A stretch of DNA of 64,000 nt, taken from Nanobdellota archaeon. Its GTDB lineage: Archaea; Aenigmatarchaeota; Aenigmatarchaeia; QMZP01. Where the stretch lies: the NCBI GenBank assembly GCA_043814765.1, contig JBDRJQ010000028.1, forward strand, positions 34,055 through 98,054. The letters are read 5' to 3'. Positions 55,879 through 64,000 of this stretch are shown here, piece after piece. Made by a program: the position numbers and the translations under genes. The notes under the pieces were generated by a model, which made no database searches, was not told the DNA's origin, and saw only the letters and a list, made by a program, of their open reading frames with translations. Numbering within the stretch: position 1 is the stretch's first letter; each line of letters begins with the position of its first letter.

Positions 55879-57828
55879 ATGAGAATTAACATAGCACTTT
55901 TATTCGCATTTTTTATGTTATATCTATTATTTTTGGCTGTTCCTGCTGCCAATTCAAGTGGATATGGCGGAAGTGAATTATATTTTGAACTTGACACGTA
56001 CGGAATCAGGAGTTTTATTCTGCAGGCGCCGGAAGTTTATATAAACACAAGCTTCTGGGCAAAGGCAACTGCCGTATCCAATGACACGTATAATGCCGGT
56101 ACATTCAATATGACAGTGGACAGGCCGTCAACATTCAGCATAATTGAAAATGATGCTTCGCAGCCAAATCCTGCGCTCGCAGGAGACGGCAGTCAGTGGA
56201 TAGCAAACTGGACATTTAATGCAACTGCTGTTGCGGCAGCCTACACAATAAACGTCTCCCTGCCGTTTTTCGATTCCAATAAAACTGCAAATGTAACACT
56301 GGTAAATAAACCCACCAATTGGAGCAATGGGACCGTTGTGATAAGTGCCGGAGGTCCGTACAATAATTCAGAAACTGGGATAATATATGCAGCTGTAAAG
56401 GACAGTAATGATAATTATGTCAACATCATAGGAGAATGCAACATAGCAATCTATTGGCCCAATGGGACAGAATGGAAGAGCAACAAAACCATGAGTTATC
56501 TCAACGGAACAAACGGCCAGTACTATTACAATTTTGTGGCGCATGCATCGGTTAACGGAACATATGATGCCCATGCAAACTGCACCATATCAATAGCAAA
56601 CAACGTGTCCAGCTTCAACGTTACAGGCACGAACGAAGACTCTGGTGGCGGAGGAAGCGGAACAGGAGGCGGAGCACCTGTTAGTGGAGGTGGCGGAGGA
56701 AGCTATAACAAAGAAAAAAAGGCTGAGGAGGCAACATACATGTGGAAAATTATACCCGCAGGCGGAACAGGTATTGTAAAAATAAATAAACCAGAAATTG
56801 ATTTAAAATACATAATTATTTACGCAAAAGAAGAACTAATTGCGTCCAAAATAACTATTAGGCAATTTTTTGAAAAGCCACCTGAACTGCCTGACATAGA
56901 CGAGAACGTTTACAGATACCTTGAGTTTAAACCCGCAAACATGGAAGAAGATTATATACATGGAGCAAAAATAAGCTTCAAGGTGAGCAGGGAGTGGCTC
57001 ACTGCCAACAACATTGATGAGGACAGCATAATGCTCAACCGATTAAAAGATGGCATATGGGTCAAGCTGCCCACAAAAAAGCTTGAATCAAACGATTCTA
57101 ATGCTGACGGGGTGAATGCATTTGAAGAAAGATGCGACATTCCATGCATGCTGTCTGACGGGTCCGGGTCTCTTATTGGTTTTTCACCTGACCCTAGCTA
57201 CATCTACTATGAAGCCGTTACTCCAGGATTCAGCTACTTCATCATAGCAGGAAAGGCTTTACCAGTGGTGAGTGAGTGGATAGATATCATGGAGTATCCA
57301 ATATCTATCAGAATTGAGCAGGGTGCAGTGGAATACAAACATGTAAAGATCAAAAACATTGGAGACGAGAGATTAACCAATGTTTATTTAACTCTGGAAG
57401 GAATTGATGAACGTTGGTACACAATAGACCCTGCAAAGACTGAAATAAGTCCGGATAAAGAAGAGATTTTCATAGTAAAGTTCATGATACCCGAGTATGC
57501 AGAAAAGAAGGCTTATAGTGCATTCATTCATGTTGTTTCTGACCAGGCAGAAACAATAGATGAAATTGAATTGGAAGTTATAGAACCAAGTGAATTGTAT
57601 GCATATGTACATCTGACACAGTTATTAGGAGTAATTGTTTTGGTAGTAATAATTGTTATGGCAACATTAATTGTTATTTTATACCACATGCAAAGGAGTA
57701 TGAACAGAATCGCAATGGAAAGGAGAATGATAGTGTACAAGGAAATCAAGGATATTAAAGAAAAGTTATTAAAAAAACGCAGGAGCCGCAAAAAAACTTA
57801 CAAATATAAACAAAAGAAAGCATCATAA
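55879..57828 (+). CDS. PGF-pre-PGF domain surface protein with Ig-like domains and a C-terminal TM
   Basis: Gly-rich linker, VYRYL...I.FKV...W, YYEAVTPGFSYF.I. Confidence 0.85.
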   Translation: MRINIALLFAFFMLYLLFLAVPAANSSGYGGSELYFELDTYGIRSFILQAPEVYINTSFWAKATAVSNDTYNAGTFNMTVDRPSTFSIIENDASQPNPALAGDGSQWIANWTFNATAVAAAYTINVSLPFFDSNKTANVTLVNKPTNWSNGTVVISAGGPYNNSETGIIYAAVKDSNDNYVNIIGECNIAIYWPNGTEWKSNKTMSYLNGTNGQYYYNFVAHASVNGTYDAHANCTISIANNVSSFNVTGTNEDSGGGGSGTGGGAPVSGGGGGSYNKEKKAEEATYMWKIIPAGGTGIVKINKPEIDLKYIIIYAKEELIASKITIRQFFEKPPELPDIDENVYRYLEFKPANMEEDYIHGAKISFKVSREWLTANNIDEDSIMLNRLKDGIWVKLPTKKLESNDSNADGVNAFEERCDIPCMLSDGSGSLIGFSPDPSYIYYEAVTPGFSYFIIAGKALPVVSEWIDIMEYPISIRIEQGAVEYKHVKIKNIGDERLTNVYLTLEGIDERWYTIDPAKTEISPDKEEIFIVKFMIPEYAEKKAYSAFIHVVSDQAETIDEIELEVIEPSELYAYVHLTQLLGVIVLVVIIVMATLIVILYHMQRSMNRIAMERRMIVYKEIKDIKEKLLKKRRSRKKTYKYKQKKAS

Positions 57829-57867
57829 ATAATCATTTCAAATAATTTCTTATTTGTTAATTGATTA

Positions 57868-57917
57868 ATTGCCACTTAGGTAACTAAATTTTATTGCCAC
57901 TTAGGTAACTAAATTTT
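57868..57917. repeat. tandem 25-bp repeat ATTGCCACTTAGGTAACTAAATTTT x2
   Basis: Two exact adjacent copies running into the TATA region of the giant adhesin gene. Confidence 0.9.
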
Positions 57918-57943
57918 TATACTATATAACTATATAATATTAT

Positions 57944-60900
57944 ATGAATTTTAAGCCATTTTTAGTTGTTTCAATATTGATGTCCTTGCTACTGATTCCT
58001 GCAATTTCTGCATTTCCGGCTTACATAACTCAGCAAGGAAGGCTTGTAAACTCTACCACTGGCAATTCTGTAAATGGAACATATAACATGACTTTTAGAT
58101 TTTACACGGCAGAAACTGGCGGTACTGATGTATGGGATGAGGGACAAGAAAACGTTTCTGTAACAAACGGCATCTGGCATCTTACTCTCGGAACAAACAC
58201 CACACTGGACTTGAACTTTACCCAGGATTATTGGATGAGCATACAAATTAACGGCAATTCTGAAATGAGCCCTAGAAGAAGAATCACATCGTCTGCTTAT
58301 ACATTTTATGCAAACAACACAGATTTGCTGGATGGAAAGGATTCCACTGAATTCTTATCAATTAACGGAAGCAACATAACTGTTCTTGATGCTAATGAAA
58401 CATACTGGATAGGTTCTGATTCCAACTGGTGGGGTAAAATTTTAAGCAATACTTTCCGCGGTGTTGCAGGAATATTTGATTCTATAAACGTTCTTGGCAG
58501 TTTCTTTGTTTACAGCAACAACACGATAAACATGGATGCAAACGTTTCTGTATCCAGCGGTGCTGTTGTTATCTGGTCCAACGGCACAGTTGAAGCAACA
58601 GACAGCGATACAATCTACACAGGTGTAGATGATGTTTGGGTCAACGTTACCGGTGACACAATGACTGGTGAGTTAAACGTGTCTAATAAAATATACCTAT
58701 ACCCTAACGGTACAATTTTTTTAGACGGTAATTTAAAGGTTCCAACAACTGTTGTTATTTGGTCTAACGGTACAGTTGAGGTAGCAGATAGTGATACAAT
58801 CTATACTGGTGTAGCAGACAATTGGGTAAACGCTACTGGCGATTACATGACTGGTGAGTTGAATATCTCTGGTAAGATATTCCTTTATCCAAACGGAACC
58901 GTGGAAGTTAATGGTAATTACAGAGTACCTAGCGGTGTTATTATATGGAGTAACGGTACTGTTGAAATTGGCTCTCAAGCAACATACGATGGTGTAGCTG
59001 ATAACTGGGTAAATGAAACAGGCGACACTATGACTGGTAATCTATCCATGAGCAGTAAGTGGTTACTAGATTTCAGAGCAAGACTAGGTTGGGGAAACAT
59101 AACAGAGTTCCCTGCTAACTGCACAGCCGGTTACTATGTTCATGGTATCAGCGAACTTGGTTTAACCTGCGTTCCTGATGATGATAACGATACAATATAT
59201 GCTGGGGTAGCAGATGACTGGGTTAATGTTACTGGGGATGTAATGACTGGTGATCTAAACATCACAGATGGTACTAATGAAGTTAACATCAGTGCAGGTG
59301 GTGTAATCAGTATTAACACAAGTGGTGATAGTCCTTTTGTTATTTACAACAGGACTGAGTTGTTATTTGAATTAAATGGCACTGGTGGTTTGGATCTTAA
59401 CTGGTTTAGAAGCTGTACACTGAAAACAGACGCTAACGGTAACATGGTTTGCGGTACGGACAACAATGATAATACTGTTTATGTCGGTGTAGCAGACAAT
59501 TGGGTCAATGAATCGGGTGATTTAATGACTGGTGACTTGAACATGACAGACGGAGCATCATGGACTAACATAAGCTCGACGGGATTCATACGAATGAATA
59601 CCAGTGGTGAGAGTCCGTTCATTGTTTATAACAGAACAGAATTGTTGTTCGAGTTTAACAACACAGGCGGTTTGGATCTTAATTGGTTCAGAAGCTGTAA
59701 TTTGAAAACAGATGCTAACGGTAATGTTATCTGCGGTGTTGATGATGATACTAACACTCATTATGCTGGGGTAGCTGATAACTGGGTTAATGAGACAGGT
59801 GATACAATGACCGGTAACCTTTCAATGAGCAGTAAGTGGATACTAGACTTCAGAGCTAGATTAGGCTGGGGTAACATAACAGAGTTCCCTGCTAACTGCA
59901 CAGCTGGTTATTATGTTCATGGCATCAGCGAACTCGGTTTAACATGCGTTCCAGATGATGATAACGATACAATCTACGCAGGTGTAGCTGATAACTGGGT
60001 TAATGTTACTGGTGATGTAATGACTGGTGATTTGAATATTACAGGTGCACTAAACGTAACAGAGGGGTTTTATGTTAGCGGTGATGCAAAATCAGGAAAG
60101 GGAGAAGTTTGGCTTTGGTCTAACGGCACGTTAGAAGTTGGAGCTAGTGGTTCTGGCTATAGTGGTGTAAACGATGATTGGGTCAACGAGTCAGGTGACA
60201 TAATGACTGGTGATTTAAACATAACAAACGGTACTTCTTATGTTAACATGTCAGCTGAAGGTAATATCAATTTAACAGGAAACATTTTTGTTGGCGACAG
60301 TATAGGAATCGGAACGACCCCATTACATGATTTAGATATTGTCGGTGATATGTTACTGACTCATGTCGCAACTGCTTCTGATGAACATGGATTAGAATTA
60401 AAAATTGATGCCAATGGTATTGGTGATGTGAAGGGTATTGATTTATTCTATGATACAGGAGCAATAACTACCGGACAAGAAGAAGGGGCTATTTTAATAA
60501 ATTTTGATACATCTGATTCAACTGGTGGAGAAGTTGCTGGCTTAGAAATCCTAAGAACAGGGAATACAGCAAATGTATATGGATTACTCACAGGAATTGA
60601 GATAAATCCTATACTACAATTATCAGGGGTATTTGGAAACATGGATAGTGTTAATAACAGCGATACTGATAATTTAGCAGAATTTACTACAAAAGGATTG
60701 GATATAGTAATGTTTTCAAACGATAATGATTATGTTATAATAGGAGATGCAGTGCATTTTGAAGAGATTGAGTTTATTTTAAACACTTCTGCAAGTAAAA
60801 ATATACTTCCAACTTTTGAATTCTCAACTGGTATTGATGCTTGGACAACATTCACTCCAACAGATGGAACAAACGGATTAGAGAACTCAGGTGTGATTTT

Positions 60901-63886
60901 GTGGCTTTTAGACGATGTACCAGCATGGACAACTGGTTATGGGGGAGAATATTTAATCAAAATAACAAGAACAAGAAACGGACTTCCAGTAAAACCAATA
61001 GAAAGTTTAGTACAGATTTCAGATGTTACTGAATATAAATGGGATAAAAATGGAGATTTGTTGATAAGAAAGATAAATGCTACAACAGAAATTAAAGTAG
61101 GAAATACAGTGTACATATATTCTAACGGTACGTTTAATACAAATACTAATTACTCTATAACAACTGGAGAAGTTGTTATCTGGTCTAACGGAACTGTGGA
61201 AACTGGTACATCTGCTTCTGGCTACGCAGGCGTCGCAGATGATTGGGTAAATGAATCCGGTGACACAATGACTGGTAACTTGTCCATGAGCAGTAAGTGG
61301 ATACTAGACTTTAGAGCAAGACTAGGCTGGGGCAACATAACAGAGTTCCCAGCTAACTGTACAGCTGGTTACTATGTTCATGGTATTAGCGAACTTGGTT
61401 TAACATGCGTTCCTGATGATGATAACGATACAATCTACGCTGGAGTAGCTGATAACTGGGTTAATGTTACTGGTGATACAATGACAGGGGATTTGAATAT
61501 CACTGGTGCATTGAATGTATCTAAAGGTTTTTATGTTGGTGGTGATGCAAAGTCAGGAAAGGGAGAAGTTTGGTTATGGGCTAACGGTACATTGGAGGTA
61601 GGAGCTACAGGCGGTGGAAGTTATGCTGGGGTAGCTGATGATTGGGTCAATGAGACTGGGGATGTAATGACTGGTGATCTAAACATCACAGATGGTACTA
61701 ATGAAGTTAACATCAGTGCAGGTGGATACATAAACATCAACACGACATCAGAACCACCTATAACAATAAACAACAGAACAGAATTATTATTCCAAATTAA
61801 CAACACAGGTGGATTCGATCTTAACTGGTTTAGATCATGCACAATAAAAACAGATGCTAATGGTAACATGATCTGCGGAACGGATAACAATGATAACACT
61901 GTTTATGTTGGTGTAGCTGATGATTGGGTCAATGAAACCGGTGATGTAATAACTGGTGATTTAAACCTAACAGATGGTGCTGCATGGACTAACATAAGCT
62001 CAACAGGATCTATAAGAATGAACACTAGTGGTGACAGTCCTTTTGTTGTCTACAACAGAACAGAGCTGTTATTCGAGTTTAACAGCACAGGCGGTTTGGA
62101 TCTTAACTGGTTCAGAAGTTGTAACATAGAGACTGATGCTAATGGCAATGTTATTTGTGGTGTTGATGATACTAGTGGTGCTGGTTACGCTGGTGTATCT
62201 GATGATTGGGTAAATGTTACGGGTGACCTAATGAGTGGTGATTTGAACATCACCGATGGTACAGACTGGTTCAATGTAACAGCTGACGGTAATGTAAACA
62301 TGACAGGGGATATATACCTGGGCGGTGGAGATATATTCTTTGACTTGGGTAATAGATACATATCATGGGATGGATCATTCCTTGTTATAAGAGGAAGCAC
62401 TGTTAAAATAATGTCTTCAGACAGAACACCGCTCCTAATTGGTTACAACGAACTTGTAATAAACGACGCTGGCATAGATTACGATACTCGTATAGAAACA
62501 GACAACGACGATTATGCTCTTTTTGTGGATGGCGAAACAGATAATGTTGGCATAGGCACGCCAGGCGCTACACACAAACTCACTGTTGAAGGCAGTGTAA
62601 ACATAACAGGTAACATAAGCATGGAATATAATGAAACTGGCTGGATTGGCGCTCCAGCTGAATGGTTGGGCAAGATATTGACAAACACAATCCGTTCCAT
62701 AACCGGTTTCTTCGACACACTGAATGTTAACACGCTAAAACATTCCAGTGGAGCCACTGTTTTGTGGGCAAACGGAACATTAGAGACAGGAGCTGTTAGC
62801 GGCGGTAGTTATGCAGGCGTTGCAGACGATTGGGTCAACGAGACTGGTGACACAATGACTGGAACACTTTCGTTGAATATAATTTCAAACACGACCGCCT
62901 TTAATATAACAAGACAAGTTCCAAACACAGGCAGAAACGGTGTAAACGTATTCACAGAACCGCTAATGAAATTGTACAACATAATGAATGCCACATTATA
63001 TGGTGTAACAACGCATAATGTCAGCACATTGGATATAGTTAACAAGGTATCAATTAATGGAAGTGGTGGAATAAATTCATACATAACTACAGACTCTGTA
63101 ATGAAGTTAACTGATTACGCTGAAAATTGGGCACCGATGTTTGCGGAAACTCTTTTACTACAGCATACTTTATTGAACATAACAATGGATGATGCATTAG
63201 CTCCTAATGGAGCATTAGTTGTAGACCAAAGAAAAGGAGTTGAGATAACAAGTTCTTCAAGTAGTAATGGAAACATGTTTAGTCTTTATCAAAACAATGC
63301 AGGAACAGCAATTTATACAAACATGTCGGCTTCAACAGCAAGTTATGCATATGTTTTAGACAATAGGTCAACAGATCTTGTATTCTATATAGGAGCAGAC
63401 GGTGATATCTTTTCTGCAGGCAAGCTTAGTGTTAGTTACATAACAGATAGTGTCACTGTAGAGGATGACATAATTGTCGGTGGTGAAATAATGGGTTCAC
63501 GTGTTGCATACACTTGTGGAATAGGAGCTCCAATAACAACTGCTCAATATCTGAGAGGTGGACATAACGGACAAGTCATGACTGCTGACCGTGGTTGGGT
63601 AATGCCAAGACCAGGTAGTGTTGTTTCAATAAGTGGTTCTGGTAATGCTGATGTAGGTGGTGCAGGAGATTCAATAATATGGCATGTTTATAAAAATGGT
63701 GCATCTGTATTTGAAACTGATTCAATAGATACTTCCAGTGTAGGTTCTGTAAAAGGTTATAAAACACAGGCAAGAGGTATAGATACTTTTGTTGCAGGAG
63801 ATGTAATGGCTTGTTATTATGCGCCTACAAGTACATCGTCAGTGGACGATCATTTTGTAATGTTTGAGGTAGTGTTTGATACTTAG
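57944..63886 (+). CDS. giant secreted tail-fibre-like repeat protein (putative adhesin)
   Basis: Signal peptide; QGRL...GTYNMTFRFY....GGT.VW.E N-domain; 14 copies of Y.GV.D.WVN.(T/S)GD.MTG.L. Confidence 0.85.
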   Translation: MNFKPFLVVSILMSLLLIPAISAFPAYITQQGRLVNSTTGNSVNGTYNMTFRFYTAETGGTDVWDEGQENVSVTNGIWHLTLGTNTTLDLNFTQDYWMSIQINGNSEMSPRRRITSSAYTFYANNTDLLDGKDSTEFLSINGSNITVLDANETYWIGSDSNWWGKILSNTFRGVAGIFDSINVLGSFFVYSNNTINMDANVSVSSGAVVIWSNGTVEATDSDTIYTGVDDVWVNVTGDTMTGELNVSNKIYLYPNGTIFLDGNLKVPTTVVIWSNGTVEVADSDTIYTGVADNWVNATGDYMTGELNISGKIFLYPNGTVEVNGNYRVPSGVIIWSNGTVEIGSQATYDGVADNWVNETGDTMTGNLSMSSKWLLDFRARLGWGNITEFPANCTAGYYVHGISELGLTCVPDDDNDTIYAGVADDWVNVTGDVMTGDLNITDGTNEVNISAGGVISINTSGDSPFVIYNRTELLFELNGTGGLDLNWFRSCTLKTDANGNMVCGTDNNDNTVYVGVADNWVNESGDLMTGDLNMTDGASWTNISSTGFIRMNTSGESPFIVYNRTELLFEFNNTGGLDLNWFRSCNLKTDANGNVICGVDDDTNTHYAGVADNWVNETGDTMTGNLSMSSKWILDFRARLGWGNITEFPANCTAGYYVHGISELGLTCVPDDDNDTIYAGVADNWVNVTGDVMTGDLNITGALNVTEGFYVSGDAKSGKGEVWLWSNGTLEVGASGSGYSGVNDDWVNESGDIMTGDLNITNGTSYVNMSAEGNINLTGNIFVGDSIGIGTTPLHDLDIVGDMLLTHVATASDEHGLELKIDANGIGDVKGIDLFYDTGAITTGQEEGAILINFDTSDSTGGEVAGLEILRTGNTANVYGLLTGIEINPILQLSGVFGNMDSVNNSDTDNLAEFTTKGLDIVMFSNDNDYVIIGDAVHFEEIEFILNTSASKNILPTFEFSTGIDAWTTFTPTDGTNGLENSGVILWLLDDVPAWTTGYGGEYLIKITRTRNGLPVKPIESLVQISDVTEYKWDKNGDLLIRKINATTEIKVGNTVYIYSNGTFNTNTNYSITTGEVVIWSNGTVETGTSASGYAGVADDWVNESGDTMTGNLSMSSKWILDFRARLGWGNITEFPANCTAGYYVHGISELGLTCVPDDDNDTIYAGVADNWVNVTGDTMTGDLNITGALNVSKGFYVGGDAKSGKGEVWLWANGTLEVGATGGGSYAGVADDWVNETGDVMTGDLNITDGTNEVNISAGGYININTTSEPPITINNRTELLFQINNTGGFDLNWFRSCTIKTDANGNMICGTDNNDNTVYVGVADDWVNETGDVITGDLNLTDGAAWTNISSTGSIRMNTSGDSPFVVYNRTELLFEFNSTGGLDLNWFRSCNIETDANGNVICGVDDTSGAGYAGVSDDWVNVTGDLMSGDLNITDGTDWFNVTADGNVNMTGDIYLGGGDIFFDLGNRYISWDGSFLVIRGSTVKIMSSDRTPLLIGYNELVINDAGIDYDTRIETDNDDYALFVDGETDNVGIGTPGATHKLTVEGSVNITGNISMEYNETGWIGAPAEWLGKILTNTIRSITGFFDTLNVNTLKHSSGATVLWANGTLETGAVSGGSYAGVADDWVNETGDTMTGTLSLNIISNTTAFNITRQVPNTGRNGVNVFTEPLMKLYNIMNATLYGVTTHNVSTLDIVNKVSINGSGGINSYITTDSVMKLTDYAENWAPMFAETLLLQHTLLNITMDDALAPNGALVVDQRKGVEITSSSSSNGNMFSLYQNNAGTAIYTNMSASTASYAYVLDNRSTDLVFYIGADGDIFSAGKLSVSYITDSVTVEDDIIVGGEIMGSRVAYTCGIGAPITTAQYLRGGHNGQVMTADRGWVMPRPGSVVSISGSGNADVGGAGDSIIWHVYKNGASVFETDSIDTSSVGSVKGYKTQARGIDTFVAGDVMACYYAPTSTSSVDDHFVMFEVVFDT

Positions 63887-63894
63887 GGGGTTAA

Positions 63895-64000
63895 ATGAAG
63901 CTTGCTTCCCTTTTTTTGGTTCTGATATTTTTTTTCTCGCTAGTCCTTGCACTCAGCGCAGTAAATGCGCAGCAGATGTCTGATGATGATTTCATAATAT
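63895..64000 (+). CDS. secreted protein, partial
   Basis: MKLASLFLVLIFFFSLVLALSAVNAQQ signal peptide, open to the window end. Confidence 0.6.
   Translation, partial: MKLASLFLVLIFFFSLVLALSAVNAQQMSDDDFII

Noticed and set aside
57944..63886. Prophage tail gene or DGR template/variable repeat pair
   Set aside because: Has a signal peptide and no viral neighbours; repeat differences are largely synonymous rather than adenine-specific

Overview
Archaeal chromosomal DNA with TATA promoters, archaeal r-proteins, RpoE'/Spt4, pelota, ABCE1, Dph5, ArgS and a BHB-intron tRNA. The gene style (many orphan membrane/coiled-coil proteins, pilin-like ORFs, giant glycosylated surface proteins) suggests a DPANN lineage, possibly Aenigmarchaeota-like (inference). 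1-28.5 kb is mostly housekeeping and hypothetical genes, including a tRNA-Thr(UGU) with two introns. 28.5-39 kb is the most unusual part. A five-gene membrane/LysM operon with strong AGGAG(G) ribosome-binding sites and an operon ending in a HerA/VirB4-like ATPase share the same promoter architecture. They are followed by a ~1.45 kb region without a credible ORF that is packed with hairpins (UUCG/GNRA loops, a pseudoknot, repeated hairpin+U-run+G units, anti-SD-like loops), which looks like an undescribed large ncRNA or sRNA array. Next comes a stand-alone InsA/IS6-like Zn-ribbon-HTH gene whose promoter motif recurs at the 3' ends of these cassettes. 41-51 kb is a block of secreted enzymes (Asp-box propeller, GH-A hydrolase, two transglutaminases). 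51-64 kb encodes surface glycoproteins and a 1980-aa modular tail-fibre-like adhesin. All structures and family assignments were made by eye, with no folding or database searches.
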